A DNA stretch of 64,000 nt from Patescibacteria group bacterium (GTDB lineage: Bacteria > Patescibacteriota > Minisyncoccia > UBA6257 > UBA11618), in the NCBI GenBank assembly GCA_043822345.1, contig JBDRBW010000008.1, positions 2,332-66,331 on the forward strand, in the 5' to 3' direction. The notes beneath the pieces are model-generated. The model made no database searches and was not told the DNA's origin. It saw only the letters and a program-made list of their open reading frames with translations. A program made the position numbers and the translations under genes. This document shows, piece by piece, positions 18,843 to 26,877 of this stretch (its first letter is position 1; every line of letters begins with the position of its first letter).

Positions 18843-19088
18843 ATGTATAGTGTTTATATTCTGAAAAGTTTGCACCATAATAGATATTATGTTGGCCATA
18901 CTGAAAATATTGTCAAAAGATTGATCCAACACAATAATGGCAAAGTACGTTCCACAAAAGGATATCGACCTTGGCGGTTGGTTTATCAGGAAAACTTTTC
19001 TACCAAACAACTTGCTTACAGAAGAGAATTACTCATAAAATCTTACAAACACGGAGAAGCGTTCAAAAAGTTGATAGAGGAGGGGTGA
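18843..19088 (+). CDS. GIY-YIG nuclease-family protein (small stand-alone, UPF0213/YhbQ-like)
   Basis: YSVYILKS...RYYVGHTENIVKRLIQHNNG...RPWRLVYQE is a GIY-YIG core. 81 aa. Confidence 0.65.
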   Translation: MYSVYILKSLHHNRYYVGHTENIVKRLIQHNNGKVRSTKGYRPWRLVYQENFSTKQLAYRRELLIKSYKHGEAFKKLIEEG

Positions 19089-19104
19089 TAAATAATATCA
19101 GAGC

Positions 19105-19186
19105 GGAGGGTTGGCAGAATGGCAATGCACTGGTTTTGAAAACCAGCGGGCGCAAGCCCTTACAGGTTCGAGTCCTGTACCCTCCG
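19105..19186 (+). tRNA. tRNA-Ser (anticodon TGA), type II
   Basis: Reads GGAGGGTTGGCAGAATGGCAATGCACTGGTTTTGAAAACCAG-CGGGCGCAAGCCCTTAC-AGGTTCGAGTCCTGTACCCTCCG. Flanked by an inverted repeat (atatcagagc / gctctgatat). Confidence 0.85.
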
Positions 19187-19204
19187 CTCTGATATTATTT
19201 GCAT

Positions 19205-19275
19205 GGTCTTGCCACCGCCTTTGGCGGGGTCCCGCTTACCTTATTTTTAAAAAAGTAGTAAGCGGGAAAAACCGC
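19205..19275 (+). repeat. Two-hairpin structured repeat, copy 3
   Basis: Same consensus as copy 1. Runs directly into the orphan tRNA 3' half. Confidence 0.6.
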
Positions 19276-19318
19276 TATGTCCGAAAGGGCATCGTGGGTT
19301 CGAATCTCACCCCCTCCG
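19271..19318 (+). pseudogene. Orphan 3' half of a type-II tRNA (anticodon-stem 3' strand, variable arm, T-arm, acceptor)
   Basis: Reads ACCGC-TATGTCCGAAAGGGCATC-GTGGGTTCGAATCTCAC-CCCCTCC-G. No 5' half lies upstream, only the repeat. The 3' flank ctctggtattatt matches the flank of tRNA-Ser(TGA). Confidence 0.45.
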
Positions 19319-19337
19319 CTCTGGTATTATTCAAAAC

Positions 19338-19411
19338 GGTCTTGCCACCGCCTTCGGCGGGGTCCCGCCCACCTTAATTTTTAAAAAAAGGTAGTAGGCG
19401 GGAAAAACCGC
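19338..19411 (+). repeat. Two-hairpin structured repeat, copy 4
   Basis: Reads ggtcttgccaccgccttcggcggggtcccgcccacctt-aatttttaaaaaa-aggtagtaggcgggaaaaaccgc. Confidence 0.6.
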
Positions 19412-19465
19412 TCCCAAGAGCTTGAATGTTTGCAAAATTGTAGCTATAAATGCTATAAATAATTC

Positions 19466-19672
19466 ATGACATCAACAACATTAATTAGAGAATATAAGTC
19501 TGTTGTCAACGAGAAAAATGAACTGAAGAAGCGTCTTTTTAAGCTGGAACAAAATTTAGACTTGATGGCTGATTACACTCAAAAGGTAAAAAGTATTGAA
19601 CAAGCTCGTAACCAAGCAAAAAACGGTCAGGTTGTCAGTCAAGATAAATTGTTTAAAAAATTGGGTGTCTAA
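19466..19672 (+). CDS. Putative antitoxin of a type II TA pair (68 aa)
   Basis: Small charged helical protein. Overlaps the downstream RelE/ParE-like gene by ~8 nt. Confidence 0.4.
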   Translation: MTSTTLIREYKSVVNEKNELKKRLFKLEQNLDLMADYTQKVKSIEQARNQAKNGQVVSQDKLFKKLGV

Positions 19673-19931
19673 TTGGATTTTTTTATATACCAAAAATGCC
19701 GAGGAAGATTTAATATCCTTACCGAAAGATCTTCAAAAAAGAATCGCTAAAAAAATGCGATTCTTTGCTAATTCTGATAACCCTCTAAGATTTTCTAGTA
19801 CAATTAGAGATACTACATTAGGAGATTATCGTTTTAGAATTGGTGACTATAGAGTTGTTTTTGACGTAAATCAAAACAAAAAAGAAATTATTGTTTTAAA
19901 AATTAAATTAAGAGACAAAGTTTATAAATAG
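19665..19931 (+). CDS. RelE/ParE-family toxin (GTG start inferred)
   Basis: IFLYTKNAEEDL...YRFRIGDYRVVFDVNQNKKEIIVLKIKLRDKVY matches the ParE/RelE fold signature. The start is uncertain (GTG at 19665). Confidence 0.65.
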   Translation: MSNWIFLYTKNAEEDLISLPKDLQKRIAKKMRFFANSDNPLRFSSTIRDTTLGDYRFRIGDYRVVFDVNQNKKEIIVLKIKLRDKVYK

Positions 19932-19936
19932 AAAAC

Positions 19937-19975
19937 CCCCAGCGGACCTTGCGGCTAGCTGGGGCGTTTGTGTTT
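19937..19975. terminator. Bidirectional terminator hairpin cccccagc...gctggggg
   Basis: 8-bp GC stem with flanking A and T tracts, between convergent genes. Confidence 0.5.
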
Positions 19976-19985
19976 GAACTATGCA

Positions 19986-20723
19986 CTAGAAGGGTACATC
20001 GGTAACGCTTTTTGAAATAGTTTTTTCAACGATATTCTTAATTTTATCCCTGATGTTTTTTTGGTCTTTATCTTTATTAGCTAAGATTTCGGGAATGTAT
20101 TTTATATCATTAGCAGACCCCCGCTCTCCTTTTTTGATTAAACATAAATCAATTATACGGAAATTTCCTGTTTTGTGGTCAAAAAAGAAATTTTCTGGAT
20201 AGGGGTCTATACAAAGACCTACTTCATTTAGTTTACTAATAATCTTAATAAGACCAAGAAGTTCTCGCTTACTATAATCAAAGATATTTCTCTTTATTCT
20301 TTTAGAAACTACCTCGCCTAAAGCAAGTTCCATAACTATAGCTTTATCTTTTATAGAATATGCTAAAACACTAGGAATATTTTTAACATTATTAGCAATA
20401 ATATTAGCTATAATTTTTTTATAAAAAATAATAAGTTCATTATTAAAATTTTCTTCTGTAATTGTATGTAAGCCATATAGGACAACCGCATATTTTAAAG
20501 CGCCTACACCTAATTTATATGTAGCAGTTGTGCTTCCTTCTCCAATAAACATTGGGGATTCCCGAGGGTCTTTGAGTAATTCAACTCTTTCCCTAAGTTC
20601 TTTAACTTTGTCAGAAAATACAAGCTTATATTTTTCGGAAAGCTTAAATAGCTGACCTAATATATATTCTCTCTTATCTTTAGTAATTCCATATTCTTTT
20701 ATAATCTGCTCAATATTTTTCAT
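19986..20723 (-). CDS. Hypothetical protein with a protein-kinase-like / aminoglycoside-phosphotransferase-like motif arrangement
   Basis: Gly-rich loop IGEGSTTATYK, a catalytic-loop-like CIDPYPENFFFD, and a DFG-like RIIDL. Markedly AT-rich relative to its neighbours. Confidence 0.4.
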   Translation of the reverse strand: MKNIEQIIKEYGITKDKREYILGQLFKLSEKYKLVFSDKVKELRERVELLKDPRESPMFIGEGSTTATYKLGVGALKYAVVLYGLHTITEENFNNELIIFYKKIIANIIANNVKNIPSVLAYSIKDKAIVMELALGEVVSKRIKRNIFDYSKRELLGLIKIISKLNEVGLCIDPYPENFFFDHKTGNFRIIDLCLIKKGERGSANDIKYIPEILANKDKDQKNIRDKIKNIVEKTISKSVTDVPF

Positions 20724-20832
20724 ACTTTGTATTGTAACCTACAGGGGTTCAAAAGCCATAGGGAAGTTTGCAAGTGATAATCAATAAAACAAATTCTAAC
20801 GTCGTCTACTATCCTCCGCAGAAAATAAACAG

Positions 20833-20870
20833 CCCACTTTGAAAGTGGGCTGTTTATTTTTCCAGCCTCC
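20833..20870. terminator. Intrinsic terminator hairpin aaacagcccactt-tgaa-agtgggctgttt
   Basis: Perfect 13-bp stem with a T-run. Terminates comF (-). Confidence 0.55.
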
Positions 20871-20889
20871 AGTTCCCAGCTTCTAGCTT

Positions 20890-21627
20890 CTAGCGCGCTT
20901 TCGCAACCACCAAGGCGATTATTTTTTTTGCTCCGTTCAATTTTAAAACGCGCGCCGCCTCGTTAATGGTAGAACCGGAGGTGAAGACGTCGTCTACCAA
21001 TAAAATATTTCGGTCGGCAAATTTCATGGAATCAACAACGCCAAAAGCGTCGCGGATATTTTCTTCCCGTCCTCGCCAATCTTTCAGCTCTGCCTGCGGC
21101 AGAGTGTCTTTTTCCCTAACCAGATTATCTTTTAGCCACCTCGCGCCAATCTCCCGATTAACTCGCTCCGCTAACAATTCTGCCTGGTTAAAGCCACGCT
21201 CTCGCTCACGGCTACGCGCCAATGGCACCGGCACCACCAACCAATCTTCAAAACGATATCCGATATCGGAACGATATCGGATATCGTTTTGTTTTTTTAA
21301 AAAGGCGATTAACAATTGGCCGAGTGGGTCGGCTAAGCTTTGCCAGCCGGTGTATTTAAATTGATGGATTACTTTTCTCATTACCGGATGGCCATAGTCG
21401 GTGGCGGCGGCCAGAAGATAGGGCGTTTCCGGATGACATATTCTTATCGTCGGCATCCGGTTAAAGCAGGTGGGACAGAGTAGGTAATCATTAGTTGGTA
21501 CCGAATTCCAGCACCTATCACAAACTTTCCGCGCGCTTTCATCGCCAACCAAATGCTTTTCGCAAACAATGCAAAGAGGAGGAAGGATTGTATCCAGGAA
21601 GAAATTTTTAATGGATGACAACATCAA
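20890..21627 (-). CDS. comF: ComF-family phosphoribosyltransferase (ComFC/GntX-like)
   Basis: N-terminal CxxC...CxxC zinc motif and a PRTase motif LLVDDVFTSGST. Confidence 0.8.
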   Translation of the reverse strand: MMLSSIKNFFLDTILPPLCIVCEKHLVGDESARKVCDRCWNSVPTNDYLLCPTCFNRMPTIRICHPETPYLLAAATDYGHPVMRKVIHQFKYTGWQSLADPLGQLLIAFLKKQNDIRYRSDIGYRFEDWLVVPVPLARSRERERGFNQAELLAERVNREIGARWLKDNLVREKDTLPQAELKDWRGREENIRDAFGVVDSMKFADRNILLVDDVFTSGSTINEAARVLKLNGAKKIIALVVAKAR

Positions 21628-21636
21628 TCTAAGATT

Positions 21637-21770
21637 AGTTTATTTGGAGGAGATAGACAATATTTTATTGCTAAATTGCTTTATTGCTAGATTGCTCATC
21701 CTCTCTAGTTCTCCCTTAGAGAGGGAGAAAAAACAGTATAACAATACAGCAATATAACAATAAAAAAACT
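21637..21770. repeat. Intergenic repeat family 3 copy, in the divergent comF/pilM promoter region
   Basis: Reads ttgctaaattgctttattgctagattgc ... ctcccttagagagggag ... aaaaaacagtataacaatacagcaatataacaataaaaaaa. ORF-track entry 21569-21757 is a spurious translation of it. Confidence 0.5.
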
Positions 21771-21788
21771 ATGATATAATTTAATTAT

Positions 21789-22880
21789 ATGCTTAATCTC
21801 TTTCGTAGAATAAAGGAAGATACGGGATTTAGTAACGCCTATCTCGGCATTGATATCGGCACTACTTCTATTAAGGTTGCCGAAGTGAGCGGCGGCGGGG
21901 GACAACCACACCTTGACAATTACGCTCTTTTTGAGACCTACGGCCATCTGGAGCGGATTAACACCGCTCTGCAGACCAGCACCCTCAAGCTTTACGACAA
22001 AGAGATCGCTGAATATTTGAAATTGATTATCAAAAAAGCCGGCTTTCGTTCTCGCAACGCCATCGTATCTTTACCGGCGTTTTCCGCCTTCACCACGATG
22101 ATTGAGATTCCCCAGATGCCGGAGCGGGACATCTCCGAGACGCTAGGTTTTAAGGCGCGGCAGTATATTCCTTTACCGATTAGTTCGGTAACGATTGATT
22201 GGATAAAAGTTGGCGAAAAAACCGATAGAGCGGGCAACAAGATTCAGCAGATATTTTTAGTATCCATTCCCAACGAGGAGATAGAAAAATACAAACACAT
22301 TTTTAAGTTGGCGGGAGTATCTTTAACGGCGTTGGAAATGGAGGGTTTTAGTTTAGCGCGTGCGCTTGCTGGAGAAGAAAAAAAACCAGTATTAATTGTT
22401 GACATCGGTTCCCGTTCAACAACTTTTTCTGTCGCTCAAGAAGGGGCGTTAAAATTTGTCAGCCAATCGGATTTTGCCGGCAGTTCTTTAACCCAAAGTT
22501 TGGCATCTGGTTTGGGGGTTAATATGCGTCGCGCCGAGGACTTAAAAAGGCAAAAGGGATTGGCTGGATTAAGCTATGCTCCGGAGCAAGAGTTATCCAC
22601 ACTCCTCTTACCTATACTAGATGTTATAATTAATGAGGTGGAGCGTGTCCGCTCCAATTATGAAAATAGTTATCGGGAAAAAATAGAGAGCGTAATTTTA
22701 GCCGGCGGAGGAGCAGGGCTTTTGGGGATAGAGCGGTATTTGAAAAAAAGAATTAATTTGCCGGTGAGTATTGCCAATCCGCTTAATAATTTCTCTTACC
22801 CATCTAAGCTAGAGCCGGTTGCCGGCGATCTTGGCCCACTGCTTTCCGTCGCTCTCGGTCTCGCCACTAAACAATTTTAA
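21789..22880 (+). CDS. pilM: Type IV pilus assembly protein PilM (actin-like ATPase fold)
   Basis: LGIDIGTTSIKVAEV at the N-terminus, FtsA/PilM-like length, and position ahead of pilN/O-like genes and pilB. Confidence 0.75.
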   Translation: MLNLFRRIKEDTGFSNAYLGIDIGTTSIKVAEVSGGGGQPHLDNYALFETYGHLERINTALQTSTLKLYDKEIAEYLKLIIKKAGFRSRNAIVSLPAFSAFTTMIEIPQMPERDISETLGFKARQYIPLPISSVTIDWIKVGEKTDRAGNKIQQIFLVSIPNEEIEKYKHIFKLAGVSLTALEMEGFSLARALAGEEKKPVLIVDIGSRSTTFSVAQEGALKFVSQSDFAGSSLTQSLASGLGVNMRRAEDLKRQKGLAGLSYAPEQELSTLLLPILDVIINEVERVRSNYENSYREKIESVILAGGGAGLLGIERYLKKRINLPVSIANPLNNFSYPSKLEPVAGDLGPLLSVALGLATKQF

Positions 22881-22886
22881 TGTCGG

Positions 22887-22966
22887 GTCATTCTGAGGCG
22901 AAGCCGAGTTTGACTCGGCGAAGACGAAGAATCTTTTAAAGATCCTTCACTAGCGTTCAGGATGAC
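22887..22966. repeat. Family-1 palindromic element
   Basis: Reads gtcattctgaggcgaagccgagtttgactcggcgaagacgaagaatcttttaaagatccttcactagcgttcaggatgac. Confidence 0.7.
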
Positions 22967-22976
22967 GGAGTAGTAT

Positions 22977-23519
22977 ATGTCTCAAATCAAATCAAATATT
23001 CGTGAACGAATTAGTCCGGAGAGGTCGGCGGTTGGTTGGCCGTGGCGACTTTTTCTTTTCTCCCTACTCTTACTAGCCACAGCGGTGGTGCTTTATTTTG
23101 GCTTGGAGGTGGGTTACAAAGTTTATCTTGACCGCCAGATAGCGGCCACTGATACCGTCATCACTAACTTGACAGAATCTATTTCTCAAGATGAACAGGA
23201 ACAATTCATCGCCTTTTATTCCCAACTAGCCAATCTGCAAGGGCTTTTGGATGATCATATTATCACCTCCACTATTTTTCCTTTTTTGGAAAGGAGTACC
23301 AATAAATTGGTTTATTTCACTTTTTTGGACTTTCGGTTCAAGGAGCGTAAATTAAGTTTGGAGGGCATTGCCCAATCTTATGAAATTTTCTCCCAACAAT
23401 TGGAAGCGTTCACCCGCGCCCCGGAGGTGGAGCGGCTGGTTGTTAATGAGTCGCAGTCGGACAAGGGACAAGTCAAGTTCCGGCTATTTTTAACATTAAA
23501 AGAGGAATTGTTTAAATAA
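22977..23519 (+). CDS. PilN-like pilus assembly protein (single N-terminal TM)
   Basis: 180 aa bitopic protein immediately after pilM. Assignment is by context and topology. Confidence 0.45.
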   Translation: MSQIKSNIRERISPERSAVGWPWRLFLFSLLLLATAVVLYFGLEVGYKVYLDRQIAATDTVITNLTESISQDEQEQFIAFYSQLANLQGLLDDHIITSTIFPFLERSTNKLVYFTFLDFRFKERKLSLEGIAQSYEIFSQQLEAFTRAPEVERLVVNESQSDKGQVKFRLFLTLKEELFK

Positions 23520-23533
23520 TATGTAATTAAATT

Positions 23534-23628
23534 GTCATTCTGAGCTTCGCGCCCGCCTGCAACGCTTGAGCGTAGCGATTGCGGGCAGGAAGAATCTTTA
23601 AAAGATCCCTCGACAAGCTCGGGATGAC
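23534..23628. repeat. Family-1 palindromic element (long form)
   Basis: Reads gtcattctgagcttcgcgcccgcctgcaacgc...gcgattgcgggcaggaagaatctttaaaagatccctcgacaagctcgggatgac. Confidence 0.7.
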
Positions 23629-23636
23629 GCAGAGGT

Positions 23637-24200
23637 ATGCGTACAGCGGCTAAAAGAACAATTAGTTTATTACTGAGCTTGGCGCTTTTAATAGTGGCAG
23701 TGGCTGTCTACACTTTTTTTGTCCGTCCCGCCTATGATGAAATAATTCTCCTGCGCGGCGAGTTGTCATCAAAGAACCAGTTTTTACAGGAGCAAAAAAA
23801 TGCCATTGGCAGGGTTAATGAGCTAATTTTACAATATCGCGGCGCCGGCAAATTACAGGACACGATTTCGCTTTCTTTGCCGTTGGCGGAGAATCTTTCC
23901 TCGGTGTTTGACCAATTGCGGGTGTTGGCTTCAATCAACGGCTTGTTGATAGAGATTTTTAATGTCAAACCGTTGGCTCTTCAGTCGTTGGCCAAGGGGC
24001 CTTTAGTAAAAAATGTCGGCACATTGGAATTGTCGGTTCGCCTTGTTGGTTCCTATGGCGCCTTCAAAGATTTTTTGCGTAATTTAGAAAGTAACATTCG
24101 GTTAATGGATTTGCAGACCGTCCGCATCGAACACATTGGCGCCGGCGGTTCTGATATGTTCGCGTATAATATAACGGTAAACACTTATTACCAAGAATAA
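23637..24200 (+). CDS. PilO-like pilus assembly protein (N-terminal TM + coiled coil)
   Basis: 187 aa bitopic protein, identified by context. Confidence 0.45.
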   Translation: MRTAAKRTISLLLSLALLIVAVAVYTFFVRPAYDEIILLRGELSSKNQFLQEQKNAIGRVNELILQYRGAGKLQDTISLSLPLAENLSSVFDQLRVLASINGLLIEIFNVKPLALQSLAKGPLVKNVGTLELSVRLVGSYGAFKDFLRNLESNIRLMDLQTVRIEHIGAGGSDMFAYNITVNTYYQE

Positions 24201-24490
24201 TGGCTATTGTTATTAAAGAACGAAATAGGGGAGTTAACTGGTTTGTGTTTTTGGTATTTATTATTCTTTTCGCCATTGTCATCGGCGGTGGATATTATCT
24301 TTTCTTTGCTCCAACACCCGGTATTGAAGTGGTGTCTCCCTCGGTTTTACAATCCACCAGCGAGATTGCCGAGGTGCAGTTTGATCCTTCGGTGGTAATC
24401 AGCCATCCCCAATTGAAAAATCTGAGACAGATTGGCGGTCTGCCAACAGTAGGGGATTTGGGACGCGAGAATCCACTTCTAGCTTATTAA
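24200..24490 (+). CDS. Small membrane protein (possible PilP-like component)
   Basis: N-terminal TM; 96 aa; TAATG overlap with the upstream gene. Confidence 0.35.
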   Translation: MAIVIKERNRGVNWFVFLVFIILFAIVIGGGYYLFFAPTPGIEVVSPSVLQSTSEIAEVQFDPSVVISHPQLKNLRQIGGLPTVGDLGRENPLLAY

Positions 24491-24495
24491 TTTTT

Positions 24496-24575
24496 GTCAT
24501 TTCGAGCTTGTCGAGAAATCTCATCAACTTCTGTTATATCAAGCATTGAGATCTCTCCACTGCGGTCGAGATGAC
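24496..24575. repeat. Family-1 variant element (gtcatttcgag ... gagaaatctcat ... tcgagatgac)
   Basis: Palindromic. The same variant lies at 38428-38536 and partially at 57781-57805. Confidence 0.6.
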
Positions 24576-24586
24576 AGCATTGAACA

Positions 24587-26296
24587 ATGACCAACAAAGA
24601 GCTTTTAGACAAAATAGTGTCGGCCGATCTTTTGTCAGCTCAACGGGCTGACAAATTACTAGCAGAGGCCGAGGTTACCCACCAAAGCGTGGAGGATTTG
24701 CTATATGACCGGCGGTTGGTGGAGGAGATAGAAGTTGCCAGAATCAAAAGCAAGCTACTCGGCATTCCCTTTAAAAAAGTTAATATTAATAACATCAACG
24801 ACGAAGTTTTAGGGCTATTGCCCGAAGAGACGGTTACTAATTACAAAGTAGTGCCGTTGGGCAAGGAGGATAAGATGTTGGTTGTCGGCCTGGTTCATCC
24901 CGATGACCGGCGCGCCCAAGACGCCCTTCGTTATATTGCTAAGCAAAAAAAGATGAGTTTGGGGGTGTACCTGATAACTCCCAGCGATTTGGAGTTGGTA
25001 ATGCGCCGTTATTCGCCATTAAGCAGTCAGATTGAGGCGGCGGTGCGTTCCATACAGGTGAAACCAGGACGGGGCGAGGGGACGAAAAAAATTGGATTAG
25101 AGCAGATGTCCGAGGTTTCCGAGGAGGCGCCGATTATTAAAATCGTCGCCTCAACCTTGAAAGAGGCGGTCAGTATTGGCGCCTCCGATATTCATATTGA
25201 ACCCCAGCGGACTCGACTTCGGTTTCGCTTTCGGATTGATGGTATTTTGCGCGAGGAGCAATCCTTGCCCGCTGAATTGCACTCGGCGATTATCTCCCGC
25301 GTTAAAATTCTTTCCAACCTAAAAATTGATGAAAATCGTGTTCCCCAGGACGGCCGTTTTCGCACCGAAATTTTTGGTCGTGAAATTGATTTTCGTGTTT
25401 CCTCCTTTCCCACGCCATCGGGCGAAAAGGTGGCGATTCGCGTCCTTGACCCCAAAGTGGGTTTAAAACAACTAGATGAATTGGGGGTGAGCGGCCAATC
25501 CGAAGCGATTATTAAAAAAGGAATTGAAGAACCTTTCGGTATGATTTTAATTACCGGCCCTACTGGTTCCGGTAAAACAACCACGCTCTATGCCTTGATG
25601 CAGAAGCTCAATAAAGAAGATGTTAATGTTGTCAGTTTGGAGGATCCGGTGGAGTATACAATAGAAGGCGTTAACCAATCACAGGTACGGCCGGAGATCG
25701 GCTATACCTTTGCTTCTGGTCTGCGCCAGATTTTGCGCCAGGACCCTGACGTGATGATGGTCGGCGAGGTTCGCGATCGGGAAACCGCCGACTTAGCGGT
25801 ACACTCGGCGCTGACCGGCCACATTGTGCTCTCTACCCTGCATACTAATAACGCTGTCGGCGTTATTCCGCGCTTGATTGATATGGACGTTGACGCTTTT
25901 CTTCTGCCTTCGGTTTTGAATCTGATGGTCTCCCAGCGGCTGGTTTCCAAGCTTTGCCAAGAGTGTAAACAACAGGAGTCGCCGTCGGAAACAATTCAAG
26001 GGATTATTGAAAAAGAGGTTGGCGGTATGGTTAAGGGTCCCTATCAGGTTTGGAAGGCGTTGGGTTGTAAGGCGTGCAATAACAAGGGACGCAAGGGGCG
26101 GGTTGGCCTCTTTGAAGTTTTGCAGATGACGCCGCAGTTGGCCGATATCATCAACACCCAACCCACTGAAAATAAAATTCTGGAGGAAACTAGGCGGCAG
26201 AAGATGGTTACCCTCCGCCAGGACGGCATCCTCAAAGCGCTAGAGGGTCTAGTTAGTATTGAAGAAGTCCTCCGCGAAACCGCCGCATCTACGTAA
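24587..26296 (+). CDS. pilB: Type IV pilus assembly ATPase PilB (GspE family)
   Basis: N-terminal GSPII_E-like domain, Walker A GPTGSGKTTT, Asp/His boxes, and a C-terminal tetra-Cys (CQECK...CKACNNKG). Confidence 0.9.
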   Translation: MTNKELLDKIVSADLLSAQRADKLLAEAEVTHQSVEDLLYDRRLVEEIEVARIKSKLLGIPFKKVNINNINDEVLGLLPEETVTNYKVVPLGKEDKMLVVGLVHPDDRRAQDALRYIAKQKKMSLGVYLITPSDLELVMRRYSPLSSQIEAAVRSIQVKPGRGEGTKKIGLEQMSEVSEEAPIIKIVASTLKEAVSIGASDIHIEPQRTRLRFRFRIDGILREEQSLPAELHSAIISRVKILSNLKIDENRVPQDGRFRTEIFGREIDFRVSSFPTPSGEKVAIRVLDPKVGLKQLDELGVSGQSEAIIKKGIEEPFGMILITGPTGSGKTTTLYALMQKLNKEDVNVVSLEDPVEYTIEGVNQSQVRPEIGYTFASGLRQILRQDPDVMMVGEVRDRETADLAVHSALTGHIVLSTLHTNNAVGVIPRLIDMDVDAFLLPSVLNLMVSQRLVSKLCQECKQQESPSETIQGIIEKEVGGMVKGPYQVWKALGCKACNNKGRKGRVGLFEVLQMTPQLADIINTQPTENKILEETRRQKMVTLRQDGILKALEGLVSIEEVLRETAAST

Positions 26297-26385
26297 TAGT
26301 GTCATCCCGCACTATAGTGTCATCCCGCACTATAGTGTCATCCCGCACTATAGTGTCATCCCGCACTATAGTGTCATCCCGCACT
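26296..26385. repeat. Tandem array of 5 x 18 bp (atagtgtcatcccgcact) immediately after the pilB stop
   Basis: Five perfect direct repeats. Each unit is a mini-hairpin containing the family-1 terminus gtcatccc. ORF-track entry 26259-26513 is a spurious translation. Confidence 0.8.
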
Positions 26386-26470
26386 TGATGCGGGATCCAT
26401 TACATCACTGTCATCCCGGAATCCTTCCCATCTGTCATCCCGGAATTTCGCGCAGCGAAATATCCGGGAT
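26386..26470. repeat. Cluster of short palindromes related to family 1 (gtcatcccgca..tgcgggatc; gtcatcccggaatttcgcg...cgaaatatccgggatc)
   Basis: Read directly from the sequence. Confidence 0.5.
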
Positions 26471-26478
26471 CTATATTT

Positions 26479-26769
26479 ATGAAAATCTACTACGTCTATA
26501 TTTTAGCAAGTAAAAGACGTGGCACACTTTACGTCGGTGTAACTGATTATTTAATGCGGCGAGTGTATCAACACAAACATGGTTTAGTAGAGGGCTTCAC
26601 TAAAAAATACAAAGTGAACAGATTGGTTTATTATGAGCAAACAAATGATGTAATGAGTGCTATTAACAGAGAGAAGCAGTTAAAGAGGTGGCGACGACAA
26701 TGGAAAATAGAATTAATAGAAAAAGATAATCCAGAATGGAAGGATTTATACGAAGAGCAGTTTAAATGA
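26479..26769 (+). CDS. GIY-YIG nuclease-family protein (second copy)
   Basis: IYYVYILAS...TLYVGVTDYLMRRVYQHKHG...NRLVYYE; 96 aa. Confidence 0.65.
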   Translation: MKIYYVYILASKRRGTLYVGVTDYLMRRVYQHKHGLVEGFTKKYKVNRLVYYEQTNDVMSAINREKQLKRWRRQWKIELIEKDNPEWKDLYEEQFK

Positions 26770-26877
26770 TAGACGGTATGGATCCCGGATAGCCGCAAGC
26801 GGCTTCCGGGACGACAATGCGTTGCATTGTCGGTTATTCACAGTTTTATTTTTCTTTTAAGTGTTACAATTAAACCA

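Noticed and set aside
21569-21757. ORF-track 62-aa ORF
   Set aside because: It lies wholly within the family-3 intergenic repeat in a divergent promoter region.
26296-26385. 18-bp x5 direct repeat array considered as a CRISPR array
   Set aside because: Units are contiguous with no spacers, only 18 bp long, and related to the family-1 palindromic elements. No cas genes nearby.
26259-26513. ORF-track 84-aa protein (SVIPHY repeats)
   Set aside because: It is a pure translation of the tandem DNA repeat and palindromes. No start context or coding signal.
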